Shown here piece after piece: positions 1-13,452 of a stretch of 64,000 bases of DNA. Below the pieces are notes generated by a model that was not told the origin of the DNA, made no database searches, and saw nothing but the letters and a program-made list of their open reading frames with translations. Position 1 is the first letter of the stretch, and every line of letters begins with the position of its first letter. The stretch is from Chiloscyllium plagiosum (Eukaryota), in the NCBI RefSeq assembly GCF_004010195.1, contig NC_057719.1:74526043-74590042 (forward strand), in the 5' to 3' direction. The translations under genes and the position numbers were made by a program.

Positions 1-504
1 AGGGTGTCAGTAGAAGGGTACTGGTTGGTACGGCGGGAAAGGAAGAAGCAGAGGGCTTTAAGTCCTTCGTGATGGGGGATGGAGGTGTACAGGGACTGGA
101 TGTCCATGGTGAAGATAAGGCGTTGGGGACTGGGGAAGCGAAAATCATGGAGGAGGTGGAGGGTGTGGGTGGTGTCCCGAACGTAGGTGGGGAGTTCTTG
201 GACTAAGGGGGACAGGACCGTGTCGAGGTATGCAGAGATGAGTTCGGTGGGGCAGGAGCAGGCTGAGACAATGGGTCGGCCGGGGCAGTCAGGTTTGTGG
301 ATTTTGGGCAGGAGATAGAAACGGGTGGTGCGGGGTTGTGGGACTATGAGGTTTGGAGGCGGTGGATGGGAGATCCCCTGAGGTGATAAAGTTATGGATG
401 GTCTGGGAGATGATGGTTTGGTGGTGAGTGGTGGGGTCATGGTCAAGGGGGCAGTAGGAGGAGGTGTCCGCGAGCTGGCGTTTAGCCTCAGCAATGTAAA
501 GATC
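1..504 (-). mobile_element. Penelope-like element (PLE) reverse transcriptase fragment, cut by window edge and by a CR1 fragment
   Basis: Minus strand reads DLYIAEAKRQLADTSSY...(frameshift)...RFYLLPKIHKPDCPGRPIVSACSCPTELISAYLD...FTMDIQSLYTSIP, with the PKIHK-x-PGRPIVS and DxxSLYTSIP motifs typical of PLE RTs. Confidence 0.85.
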
Positions 505-1182
505 AGTAGTTAGGAAGGCAAATGCAATTATGGCATTTATTTCGAGAGGACTTAAATATAAAAGCAAGGATGCACTTCTGAGGCTCTATAAAGCTCTGGT
601 CAGACCACATTTGGAGTATTGTGTGCAGTTCTGGGCCCCATATCTCAGGAAGGATGGACTGGCCCTGGAGTGTGTTCAGAGGAAGTTCACAAGATTGGTC
701 CCAGGAATGATAAGCTTAATTTATGAGGAAGGTTTGAGGACTCTGAGTCTATACTCGATGGAGTTTAGAAAGATGGGGAGGTGGGGGGGATCTAATTGAA
801 ACATGCAGAATACTGAATGGCCTGGACAGAGTGGATGTTGAGAAGATGTTTCCATTGGTAGGAGAGACGAGGACCCGAGGGCATGGCCTTAGAGTAAAGG
901 GAAGACCTTTCAAAACAGAGATAAGGAGGAACTTCTTCAGCCAGAGATTGGTGAATCTGTGGAAATCACTGCCACAGAAGGCTGTGGAGGTCAGACCACT
1001 CTGTATATTTAAGATGGAGATAAATAGGCTCTTGATTGTCAATAGAATCAAGGGTTACAGGGAGAAGGCAGGAGAACGGGGGTGAGAAACTTATCAGCCA
1101 TGTTTGAATAGTGGAGCAGACTCGATGGGCTGAATGGCCTAATTTCTGCTCGTACGTCTTATGGTCTTATGGTCTTATGGTC
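505..1182 (+). mobile_element. 5'-truncated CR1 LINE 3' end
   Basis: ORF2 C-terminal peptides LYKALVRPHLEYCVQFWAP and RTRGHGLRVKG...FFSQRLVNLW; (GGTCTTAT)n tail at about 1157-1182. Confidence 0.9.
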
Positions 1183-2274
1183 GAATTGGACCAGGAGCCA
1201 GTGCTGGTTGGCAAGCCCAGTCATGGAGATAATTGAGATCTTGCAGGTTAGGATAACTTTACATCATACAACATCTCAAAAATAACATCAGAATGGCAAA
1301 ATGCCATATGGTACATTGCCATTCATACAGACAATAGTGCTATCATTGAGAAAGACAGATTAATTCCTGCAGGGTCTTGCTCTTCCTGCCTTGTAACCCA
1401 TGTCACCCTCTGAGATCCTTGCACTGTTTAAATTCTAGTGTTGGAGCATCCCTGATTTTGCAAGTTAATTATGCTTAAGAGTATTTTTTCTTTCTTCACA
1501 AGTCAGTCGAACATCTTAAAGAAACTCACAAGGCCAACAACAGGCAAACCACCCATTTCAATATCAATTTTTAGATGTGATATTGTAAATTTAATTGTTT
1601 TTGCACTTGTAATATATTTAGTTCTTGTTAACTTTCTGCTCTAGTTATTTGGGTTTTGCTCCATTCATTTTGTGTTTTTCAATACCAGAATTAAACTTCA
1701 ATCCTACACTACACTTGAGTCAAGAATGTTTTATATTTCACTGACACCACACCCCCCCCCCCCCCTCACCCAATCAAACACACAGGTGCATACAGATAGG
1801 GTTTTTTTTGCTTATTAATGCTGCTTATATGAAGAGAGCAGGTGAATTAATTATATAGTTTCCACTTTCACTGACCACACTAACTGGTCATGGCAGGAGC
1901 CAATATAGTTTTCACTCAGGAGCCTGTTAGCTGGTTTCTACTGGAACAAGCTGGACTGGACCAGTTGCAGGCAACCCCACCAACCTGCATGGACCAGTTC
2001 AAGTGGGCCTGTCGTCCCAATTTCCATCTGACAACTGGTTCAAAGTTCACCATTGGTGGTGGCCTTCAACTGCCTAGATTCTGTGATCTGGAAATCCCTC
2101 CCAAAACCTTTTCCTATCGCAATCTCTCTCTTTCCTCTTGTAAAATGTTCCGTGAACCCCAGCTCTTTTAGTCAGCTGACCAAACAGCTTGGTGTCACAT
2201 TTTGTAAGCTTGCTGCAACAAATAGTTACAGCTGTTGATTCCTGGTCTTGTCTAGACCACCAGGGAGGCATTAA

Positions 2275-3990
2275 ATGCTTCTCCACATTTGTTTGACAAG
2301 ATTAAACAAGACCTTCAAAAGTGGGGCGGGGGGGGGGGGGCTTCCAATATCACGGCTAGGTCGAGTTGCTCTTATTAAAATGAATGTTCTTCCTCACTTA
2401 TTATACCCTCTGCGGATGCTTCCCTTGCTTTTTCATTTCGGATATTAAATGGTTGGTTTAGTTTTTTTATTTGATGCCATCAGCGGCCCCTTATCAAGCT
2501 TATGAAATTGTAAATGTCCCAGGGATTGGGAAAAGTGAATCTCTCAGACGTCAGAAGATATCTTTTGTGAGTGATTGGGCTTGTGAGGACTCACTGTCGA
2601 TATGGTTGGATATTGAGGCCTCCCAGGCAAAGTGTCCTCTTGTTAACCTGTTGTTTCTGGACAAAATGAGGATATTTGCAGAACATTGCAGCAATCCAAT
2701 AGTTATTATTACTGTTAAAGCATGGAGGGCAATGACACAGATGGAGGGTAATATGTCGTAAACATCTTTCCATACTCCCATAGTTGGTTTGCCAGGTTTC
2801 TGGCCAGGGACAATGGATCCCAGGTTTAAACTTTGGGTGGATAGGGGAGTCTCTTGTTTGGGTGATCTGTTTAAAGATGAAACGTTAATGTCATTTGATC
2901 AAATAACTCATAAGTATGGATTATCGAGCAGGGACCTCTTCCTTCTTATGGCAGATCAAAGATTTTATCCAAAGAGAGCCTACACTTCTGACTGAGTGTT
3001 CAAGGTCTGATACAGAAAAGAGGGTGCTTCAGGTTAAGAGCACTCCTTCAGTGAGTACTCTCTATCATTTATTGGGGGGAGGTTCCTCAGGTGACATCAA
3101 GCATCTACGTGAGGTCTGGGAGAGAGAGTTAGGGGTAGAGATCACTTCAGAAACTTGGGAGGACATTTGTGAGAGCACGAGGAGGATTTCAATATGTAAT
3201 AGGACCCATGCTATGCAGTTAAATATTCTTCATAGGGCTCATCTGGCCCCAGATCGTATTGCAAAATGTAAGCAGGGAGCATCTTCAATGTGTCCCGAAT
3301 AAATACGGGTACCTCACTCATTGTCTGTGGTCCTGCCACAGGCCCCATGCGTATTGGAGTGCTGTGGCAGCAGTAATAGAGAGGGTCTTGGGGACCGAAG
3401 TCAATGTGAACCCGATTTTTCTTCTTCTGGGTTCGCTGAATATATCTCCCTTAGATGTACATGGGAGAAAGCTTTTGAGCATCCTCACTTTTTGTGCCAG
3501 GAAGGCCATTCTGATGTGTTGGGTGTCTGAGAACCCCCTGGGTCTGTCGGGATGGCATAAGTTAATTATGGAACACGTTCCTTTGGGCTTTCTTACAGAC
3601 ATGGTGCACCAGAAAATTGACTATTATTATAAGACATGGCAGCCCTTTTTGAATTATTTGGAAGCGGATATGTCCGCCATTTTAATTAAGGCTTTTGGCT
3701 AGCCATGTTGATATGGTTTAATAAGTCTAATGTCATGAGAGGAAGAATTTCAAGCAAACGTGGGTTTAATAATTGATGCTCTCGCAGGTTGAGAGCTGAG
3801 GTCTTATTACGCTGAGTGGCATTATTTTATTTATTTATGTGTAATGAATGTAGTTGTGAGTTCTTTTGTTGAATAGTATAGTAGTTGATCTATTGTTTAT
3901 TGCTTTTGTTGTTATAATGTTATATTTTCATAGTTTTGTAATTTTATAATTTTGTAAAGAAAAATTATTTTCAATAAAATATATTTTTTT
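2275..3990 (+). mobile_element. L1-clade LINE, degenerate 3' part of ORF2 plus 3' UTR
   Basis: GRVALIKMNVLP, WERELG, HRAHLAP and CP...THCLWSC (C-terminal Cys/His motif) across frameshifts; T-rich 3' UTR, AATAAA near 3973. Confidence 0.8.
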
Positions 3991-5179
3991 AAATACTTCT
4001 CCAGTTAGTGAGATGCAAATTTCATGAAGTGCAATCTGCCAGAAATCATTTCATTGAAGCCATATGCCAAGTACTTGATCAATGTTTCACCCCACCCCAG
4101 CTCGTGGTGAGACAGTTAAGCCATTGGGAATGAAAATGAAATTGCGCTGCGTATGACATGGCCTTTCTATATGGGTGTTGGGTCAAAGTGCTGGAACTCC
4201 CTCTTGAACAGCACCCAGACTGTACACCACAAAGACTGCAGTGGTTCAGGCAAAAAACTCACCAATGCTTTCTCAAGAGCAACTCAGGAAGGGCAAGGCA
4301 ACTTTGCAAATGAGTTCGTCCTGACCAGTATTGGAACTGTATTCAGATTAGACTTGCATGTCTTTCAGCATTGCATCACGTTTTACTACATTACATTCAG
4401 TCATATTAGGACTGTCATGTTTAATTAAAAAGTAGGAACATTGCTTTCATTTTAACAATCAACACAACAATTATAACCCAGTCCATTTGGTTTATCCAAT
4501 GTGTTACATAACTGTGATTATTTTGTCACTGAAGAATCGAAAGTTGTTCCAGTGCATAAAGGACATGAACTTGGGTGGTTTCCAAGCAACGGCAAAGTGT
4601 ACTTCAAATGCCAGGAATCATTATTTTGTTTCCTGTAAGGAAAACAGTTTTGGATGTATATTCCCACGCCCCGCAGGAGAAATAAAATCAATGCATTGTC
4701 AACAAGAAACTGGGCAGAGATTCAGCCTGGCCCCTAGTACATGGTGACCCAAACACATCCGGATAAGAAGAGGCTGTCACCAATAGGACGACCCTGTTTG
4801 AACAAGCAAATAATTTAAACTCCAACTTTAAAGGAGCAACGTCTTAATAGTTATCATGGAATATGCTTGAAATATACAAGAACTCGGTTGCAGTTAAGAG
4901 GAAGGTTAAAATATTTTGACTGTGTAACCTTGTTTTGCTTTCAGAATGAAAGCACTTTGTTTAAAAGAATCATGCATCGTTTGCCAGAATCATTCTTTGC
5001 ATCAAGAGTTTTTTTGGCACTCTGAAGTCTCGTGAATCTTTATCATTGACCCATACTTTTTCAGAAGGTTGTAACTTACTCCCAAGGGCTCGGACCAAGG
5101 CATGGCTCAACCACACACACTCTATTCATTCAGTTTCCCTAGCTCTGGACCCCAGCCCCAGCACCAAACTACACTTCTT

Positions 5180-5410
5180 TCACTCCTCCACTGGGAGCCA
5201 TGCCTTCAGCTGTCTAATTCCTAAACTCTGGAATTCCTTCCTTAAACCCCCTCCAACTCTTTTTCCTGAATTGAACAGTTCCTTCCAACATTGTTGACCA
5301 AGCTTTTGATCGCATCCTTCGCTCTTTGGCTCCATGTTAATTTCTTTTTGTCCAAATTCACACTTGTGAAGCAACTTGGGTTGTTTTATTATGGCAGTGG
5401 CTCTATGTAA
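5180..5410 (+). mobile_element. Old L2-like LINE 3' end remnant (similar remnants near 2040-2170, 4180-4320, 49490-49880, 60150-60640)
   Basis: GCCTTCAGC...CTCTGGAATTCCCT (AFS..P.LWNSLP-like) motif of L2/CR1 ORF2 ends; family call by eye. Confidence 0.45.
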
Positions 5411-5453
5411 GCATATATATATATATATGAATGACAATTGGGCGAATGGTATA

Positions 5454-5668
5454 TTAGGCAGAAGTGGGTATTGCAGATGCTGGAGATTAGAGTCAAGATT
5501 AGAGTGGTGCTGGAAAAGCACAACAGGTCAGGCAGCATCCGAGGAGCAGGAAAATCGACGATTTGGGCAAAAACCTGATGAAGGGCTTTTGCCCGAAATG
5601 TTAATTTTCCTGTTCCTCGGATGCTGCCTGACCTGCTGTGCTTTTCCAGCACCACTCTAATCTTGACT
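5454..5668. mobile_element. Short PLE-derived fold-back insertion with 11-bp TSD and decayed hammerhead core
   Basis: CGAATGGTATA at 5443-5453 and 5669-5679; about 80-bp inverted arms; CTGATGAAGGGCTTTTGCCCGAAA at 5575-5598. Confidence 0.8.
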
Positions 5669-6424
5669 CGAATGGTATAATAAACAGCCACTTCACAACA
5701 CAAACGTTGTGCTTGGCAAGTTGAAAATTTCCCCATTCCTATAATGGGTAAGATAATACCAGGAGGAATGCATTCCTACCTAGTATTTATCCATGCCACA
5801 TCATAGAACGTGGCAGCATGCATGTTGTGATTGAAAGCGAATGTATTTTTTTTTACAAGCAACCTTTAATTTTATGAGTGACTTACCTTCCCATACTGAG
5901 TATCTCTCACTGTGGTGTAAATCACTAGAAGACTTTTGTACTATGTAATACTGTGAAACATAATTAAACTGAAGCAGCACTTCTGCATTGGCACCCCATT
6001 TGATGTAAATGAATGGAGTACTTTTCAGATGATCAAAGCCAGTGAGATAAGATACACTGTAGAAATAGCTTGTTATAGAAAGGCAGAGTCAAATTACTGG
6101 GAGTGAAACTGAGGCACTACATCAGTAACTATGGAACATGCAGGATTCTATTTTTTATTCAAGAGCAACTGTACATGTGGACAAACACACATGGTGGAGA
6201 AAACATTGACCTTTTTCTTCCCCTTCTCCAGTAATGTTCACATTAATTCTTTGCAATACATGTGCTGAGATAGGAAAGAGACAGGATGGGTGCATACTGA
6301 GGAAAAGACTTTAAGCAGGAAAAGGATGGGTTGACCTGAAGGTTGTAGAGAGTGGGTGGAGGTGGTAGGAAGAAAGAGTACTTGTGTAAATTAGGAGGAG
6401 GAGGAGATTACCTATGTGAACAAG

Positions 6425-6865
6425 AGTGTTGAGAAAATTAAAAGGGTTCAGAAAATAGTTATAAGGATGTTGCCAGGGTTGGAGGGTTTGAGCTATTGGG
6501 AGAGGCTGGGGCTGTTTTCGCTGGAGCGTTGGAGGCTGAGGGGTGACCTTATAGAGGTTTACAAAATCATGAGGGGCATGGATAGTATGAATAGACAAGG
6601 TATTTTCCCTGTGGTGGTGGAGTCCAGAACTAGAGGGCATAAGTTTAGGGTGAGAGGGGAAAGATATAAAAGACCCTTAAGGGGCAACTTTTTCATGTAG
6701 AAGGCGGTGCGTGTATGGAATAAGCTGCCAAAGGAAGTGGTGGAAGCTGGTACAAATAAATAGTGTCTGGGTGGGTATATAAATAGGAAGAGATTAGAGG
6801 GATATGGGCCAGGTGCTGGCAAATGAGACTAAATTAGGTTAGGAAATCTGGTCAGCATGGATGAG
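6425..6865 (+). mobile_element. CR1 LINE 3' fragment
   Basis: RMLPGLEGLSYWERLGLFSLERWRLRGDLIEVYKIMRG...RTRGH. Confidence 0.9.
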
Positions 6866-6867
6866 TT

Positions 6868-9800
6868 ATAGAGTCATAGAGATGTACAGCACGGAAACAG
6901 ACCCTTCGGTTCAACCCGTCCATGCCGACCAGATATCCCAACCCAATCTAGTGCCAACTACCAGCACTTGGCCCATATCTTTCTCAACCCTTCCTGTTCA
7001 TATATCCATCCAAATGCCTTTTAAATCTTGCAATTGTACTAGCCTATCTACCTGCAACGCCACTTTCAAGGAGCTATGAACCTGCACTCCAAAGTCTCTT
7101 TGTTCAGCAACACTCCCTAGGACCTTACCATTAAGTGTATAAGTCCGGCTAAGATTTGCTTTCCCAAAATGCAGCATCTCGCATTTATCTGAATTAAACT
7201 CCATCTGCCATTTCTCAGCCCATTGGCCCATCTGGTCCAAATCCTGTTGTACTCTCAGGTAACCTTCTTTGCTGCCAATACACCTCCAGTTTTGGTGTCA
7301 TCTGCAAACTTACTAACTATACCTCTTATACTCACATCCAAATCAATATAAATGATGAAAAGTAGAGGACCCAGCACCGATCCTTGTGGCACTCCACTGG
7401 TCACAGGCCTCCAGTCTGAAAAACAACCCTCCACCACCACCCTCTGTCTTCTACCTTTGAGCCAGTTCTGTATCCAAAAGGCTAGTTCTCCCTGTATTCC
7501 GTAAGATGTAACCTTGCTAACCAGTCTCCCATGGGGAACCTTGTCGAACACCTTACTGAAGTCCATACAGATCACGTTTACCGCTCTGCCCTCATCAATC
7601 CTCTTTATTACTTCTTCAAAAATCTCAATCAAGTTTGTGAGACATGATTTCCCACGCACAAAGCCATGTTGACTATCCCGAATCAGTCCTTGCCTTTACA
7701 AATACATGTACATCCTGTCCCACATGATTCCCTCCAGCAACTTGCCCACCACCGACATCAGGCTCACCAGTCTATAGTTCCCTGCCTTGTCCTTACCACC
7801 CTTCTTAAACAGTGGCACCACGTTTGCCAACCTCCAGTCTTCTGGCACCTCACCTGTGACTATCAATGATACAAATATCTCAGCAAGAGGCCCAGCAATC
7901 ACTTCTCTAGCTTCCCACAGAGTTCTAGGGTACACCTGATCAGGTCCTGGGGATTTATCCACCTTTAACCGTTTCCAGGACTTCCTCTTCTGTAATCTGG
8001 ACATTTTTCAAGATGTCACCATCTATTTCCCTACATTCTACATCATCCATGTCCTTTTCCACAGTAAATACTGATGCAAAATACTCACTTAGTATCTCCC
8101 CCATTTTCTGCGGTCCACACAAAGGCCGCCTTGCTAATCTTTAAGGGGACCTATTCTCACCCTACTTACCCTTTTGTCCTTAATATATTTGTAAAACCCT
8201 TTGGATTCTCATTCATTCTATTTGCCAAAGCTATCTTATGTCCCATTTTTGTCCTCCTGATTTCCCTCTTAATTATACTGCCTTTATACTCTTCTAAGGA
8301 TTCACTCGATCTATCCTGTCTATACCTGATATATGTTTCCTTCTTTTTCTTAATCAAACCCTCAATTTCTTTCGTCATCCAGCGTTCCCTACACCTATCA
8401 GCCTTTCCTATCACCCTGACAGGAATATACTTTCTCTGGATTCTCGTTATCTCATTTGTGAAGGCTTCCCATTTTCCAGCCGTCCCTTTACCTGCGAACA
8501 TCTGCCCCTAATCAGCTTTTGAAAGTCCTTGCCTAATACCATCACCATCAAAATTGTCCTTTCTCCAATTTAGAACTTCAACTTTAGATCTGGTCTATCC
8601 TTTTCCATCATTATTTTAAATCTAACAGAATTATGGTCGCTGGCCCCAAAGTCTTGTACACACTTAAGAAATTCCTCTCCATCTAAACTCTTAACACTAT
8701 GGCAGTCCCAGTCTATTTTTGGGAAGTTAAAATCCCCTACCATAACCACCCTATTATTCTTACAGATAGCTGAGATCTCCTTACAAATTTGTTTTTCAAT
8801 TTCCCTCTAACTATTAGGCGTTCTATAATACAATCCTAATAAGGTGATCATCCCTTTCTTATTTCTCAGTTCCATCCAAATAACTTCCCTGGATGTATTT
8901 CCGGGAATATCCTCTCTCCTCCCCTATCAAAAACGCCACTCCCTCTCCTCTCTTGCCTCCCTTTCTGTCCTTCCTGTGGCATTAGTATCCTGGATCATTA
9001 AGCTGCCAGTCCTGCCCATCCCTGAGCCATGTTTCTGTAATTGCTATGATATCCCAGTCCCATGTTCCTAACCATGCCCTGAGTTCATCTGTCTTCCCTG
9101 TTAGGGCGCTTGCATTGAAATAAATGCAGTTTAATTAATTAGTCCTACCTTGTCCCTGCCTGCCCTGACTGTTTCAGTCTCAGATTGATCTCGTTCCTCA
9201 CTATCTCCTCACTATCTCCCTGGGTCCCACCCCCCACTTTACCGGTTTAAATTCTCCCGAGCAGCTCTAGCAAATCTCCCTTCCAGTATATTAGTCCCCT
9301 TCCAATTTAGGTGCAATCCGTCCTTCTTGTACAGGTCACTTCTATCCCAAAAGAGATTCCAATGATCCAAAAATGTGAATCCTTCTCCCTTACACCAGCT
9401 CCTCAGCCATGCATTCATCTGCTCTATCCTCCTATTCCTGCCCTCACTAGCTCATAGCACCGGGAGTAATCCAGATGTTACTACTCTCGAGGACCTCCTT
9501 TTTAAATTCCTTCCTAACTCTCTGTAATCTCCCTTCAGAATCTCAACCTTTTCCCTTCCTATGTCTTTGGTTCCAATGTAGACAATGACCTCTTGCTGGC
9601 CCCTCTCCCCCGTGAGAACATTCTGCATCCTCTCTGAGACATCCTTGATCCTGACATTCAGGGAAACAACACACCATTCTGATTTTTCGCTGCTGGCCAC
9701 AGAAACGTCTGTCTGTCTGTACCTCAGACTAGAGAGTTCCCTGACACAATTGATCTCTTGAAACCCAACGTACCCCTCATTGCATTAGAGCCAGTCTCAA

Positions 9801-10760
9801 TCCCAAAAACTTGGCTGTTCATGCGACATTCCCCTGTGAATTGATCACTCCCTACATTTTCCAAAACAGCATACTTGTTCGAAATGGGGATAGACACAAA
9901 AGACTCCTGCACTAGCTGCCTACCTCTCTTACCTTTCATGGAGTTAACCCATCTATGTGACTGTATCTGAGACTTTTCCCCCTTCCTATAACTGCAACAT
10001 ACCGTTGCTGTTGCAAATTCCTCATTGTCTCTAACTGTCTCTCCAACCAATCCATTCGATCTGATAGGATTTGCAACCAACAGCATTTATTGCAGATATA
10101 ATCCACAGTAACCTGTAAACTCTCCTTAAACGCCCACATCTGACAAGAAGCACATATCACTATACTAAAGGCCATTTTTGCTCCTTCACAATCTACAGAT
10201 CCAGAAAATAACACCGCTTTATTCCACAACAAAACACTGCCCCAGGTTAAATTAATAGTTATGGCTTATATTTTAAGTTTAGTCAAGAGACATATTCCAA
10301 AAACCTATAATCAAAAAAGAACTACTGCAGACTTTCTGTAGGCCACACTTAAAACTGTTGACTTATCTGTTTGTGTGCTGTGACTTCACCCAAACAGTTC
10401 CTCCAAGATCAGTTGTGAATTTCACTGTTTGTTAATTTTCCCAGACCCACTCTGATGCCCAGCAATACATGAATTCAAACAGCAAAGGCAGTAAGTGTGC
10501 AGTTTGACTGTGGTGTCAGTTTCTTTCTCTCTCTCTCTCTCCCTCCTACACTGACCTCACCATGTGCTTCCTTTGTCTGCTCTTCTGCCTTTTTAAAACT
10601 GCTGTTGTTTTGACTTTTTTTTCTCCAAAGTTCCAAAACGATGCAGCAGCATATAAAACAGTAATTGCTGCTCCTGGAATTCAAGGAAATCACCTCCAGC
10701 ACCTAAAATACCTCAAAACAGGAGCAGCTGTTACAGCCAGAAATTTTACCTGTCCTCCAT
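6868..10760 (-). mobile_element. Near full-length degenerate CR1 (HER1-like) LINE: 5' UTR, ORF1 (Cys-rich zinc finger plus esterase-like), ORF2 endonuclease and RT, with an internal 3' deletion
   Basis: ORF1 CASCQMW...CNKCCWLQ and IVYIGTKDIGR; ORF2 [61 protein letters not shown] tail near 6870. Confidence 0.9.
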
Positions 10761-10857
10761 CATGGATTGCCCACCAAAGGATCTGTTTCCATGCTGTACA
10801 TCTCTGAGTCTCAGAGGAAGAATTGCATTTATATGAATTGGGCAAGGTGCAGGTAGG

Positions 10858-11183
10858 TCATAGAATCCCTACAGTGTAGAAGCAGGCCATTCAACTCATC
10901 AGGTCCACACTGATCCTGCGAAAAGCATCTCACCCAAACCCTTCCCCGTACCATAACCCTGCATTTCCAATGGCTAACCCACCTAGCCTGCACATCCCTG
11001 GACACCAATGGCAATTTAGCATGGTCAATCCGCCTAACTTGCTCATCTTTGGACTGTGGGAGGAAACCCACACAGATGCGGGGAGGATATGTAAACTCCA
11101 CACAGACAGTAGCCCGAGGGTGGAATCGAACCCAGGCCCTTGCTGCCGTGAGACAGCAGAGCTAACCACTGAGACACCATGCC
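10858..11183 (-). mobile_element. tRNA-derived SINE (HE1-like)
   Basis: Minus-strand head with A box (TCTCAGTGG) and B box (GGTTCGATTCC); shared core with seven other copies; CR1-like tail. Confidence 0.85.
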
Positions 11184-12313
11184 TCACAAGGAAGCTCCTT
11201 TGGCTCGAGGTGGTTGAAAGGATGGACAGCCCCCATGATGGTAGCAGGAGGGGATTGAGTTGTAAACTGGGTGTAGGGAGTGAGGCAACATCTGAGGTAG
11301 CAATCTGCCAAGCAAGGGAAGACACAAATATCACCCATCATGTTTTAGACTTTGAAAGTCACGCAGTGTCTGAATGGACATATTTTGTATTGATGCTTTT
11401 TGAGAAGAGAAAGATGCAGTTATTCCCCAAAAATGTATGCACCACTCTGTGGAGAGGTTTATCAGGAGATTGTCTTGAGGTGAATATTGAGGACTGACTC
11501 AATACTATGCCTTCTGTGATTGGTTCCCTAGCTGATGGTTCTTCCCTTCCCAAAGCTCTCCTAGAGATTTATCAAGAACAAATAGATAAGAAGAAAATAT
11601 ACAAAATTACTGTCTTCCGTACTGCCACACTTTACTGCCACACAGTAACAGTTCAATTAACAATCTGACAACTTTGTTGCTCTGCTTTGCACAGCAGGCC
11701 CTTAATTGACACTTAAAATTGTTGCTACATTTAGATGCTTTTCCAGATGTTCTTGCACCATAAGGTATTTTGTTGGGTGCTATAAGGATCCACGTTGATA
11801 ACTGTCACTTAAGGATTTGAAGTCGTGCTTTGCAGGATGCTTGTGTAATGAAATCCATCATGTAAAGTTGTTCACAGCAAGTCAGCAGCTTGTTGGAGTA
11901 TGTAACATGAACTGCATGGGATCTCCTCAACTTCAATAATAGAACACCAATTGGTCAGGCTAATATGAAAGGAAATTGTCAATAACATGAAGTGAACAGA
12001 ATGCAGCACAAACAGTACATTTACAGAATTTTGCTAATCTCCTCGATGTGCCTGATCACAATGCTCCTTCTCCGTTCTAAAACTCATCCTTGAAGCTCAA
12101 TGGGCAACCTGATAAAGTGTGATGGCCTGTGCCTCTGATGCTACATCTCATCCCACCTCAAGTTCAATCCTTTGGGAAATGAGGGGAGAAAACCGAAGGG
12201 ACATGAGGAGAAATATAACATCGGTGTAAGCTTGTTTCTCATTGCTCTATGCCAGGCTTTTAAGAAATGCGTTCATGCAACAATTCCATGAGTAGAGGGT
12301 AATGTGCATTCAA

Positions 12314-12631
12314 GGGTGGCATGGTGGTTAGCACTGCTACCTCACAGTGCCAGGGACCTGAGTTCACTTCCACTATCATGTGATTGTATGGAGTTTGCAC
12401 AGTCTCCCTGTGTCTGCATGGATTTCATCCAGCTGCTACAGTTTCCTCCCACAGTCCAAAGATGTGCAGGTTAGGTAGATTGGCCAAGCTAAATTGCCCA
12501 TAGTGTCCAGGGATGTGTAGTCTATGTGGATTTGCCATGGCAAATGCTGGGTGGATGGGGTGAGCGTGGGTGGGATGCTCTTCGGAGGGTTGGTATGAGC
12601 TGAATGGCCTGCTTCTATACTATAAGGATTC
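12314..12631 (+). mobile_element. tRNA-derived SINE (HE1-like)
   Basis: GGTGGTTAGCACTGC head, GGAGTTTGCAC...TCCCACAGTCCAAAGATGTGCAGG core. Confidence 0.85.
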
Positions 12632-12734
12632 AATGTCATTGACTTTGCTTTTCATTGCCCTGTCACACCTTGCAGTGCTGTACAGTGCTTATTAAATTAT
12701 ATTGGTAATTATGAAACACTGCTTCTTAAGCTTT

Positions 12735-13452
12735 CTAATTGCTGAACAAAGAGACCTTGGAGTGCAGGTTCTTAGCTCCTTGAAAGTGGAGTCACAGGTA
12801 GATAGGATAGTGAAGAAGGCATTTGGTATGCTTTCCTTTATTGGTCAGAGTATTGAGTACAGGAGTTGGGAGGTCATGTTGCAGCTGTACAGGACATTGG
12901 TTAGGCCACTGTTGGAATATTGTGTTCAATTCTGGTCTCCCTCCTATAGGAAGGATGTTGTGAAAGGGTTCAGAAAAGATTTACAAGGACGTTGCCGGGT
13001 TAGAGGGTTTAAGCTATAGGGAGAGGTTGAATAGGCTGGGGCTGTTTTCCCTGGAGCGTTGGAAGCTGAGGCTTTCACCTTATAGAGATTTATAAAATCA
13101 TGAGGGGCATGGAGAGGGTAAATCCACAAGGTCTCTCCCCACTGGGATGGGGGACTCCAGAAATAAAGGGCATAGAATTAGGGTGAGAGGGGAAAGATAT
13201 AAAAGGGACCTAAGGGGCAACATTTTCACACAGAGGGTGGTGCGTGTATGAAATGAGCTGCCAGAGGAAGTGGTGGAGACTGTTACAATTACGACATTTG
13301 AAAGGCATCTGGATGGGTATATGAATAGGAAGGGTTAGAGGGATATGGGCTAAATGCTGGCAAATGGGACTCGATTAGGTTAGGATATCTGGTCGGCACA
13401 GACGAGTTAGGCCAAAGGGTCTTTTTCCGTGCTGTATACCTCTATGACTCTA
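12735..13452 (+). mobile_element. 5'-truncated CR1 LINE
   Basis: RDLGVQV...LYRTLVRPLLEYCVQFWSP; CTCTATGACTCT tail. Confidence 0.9.
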
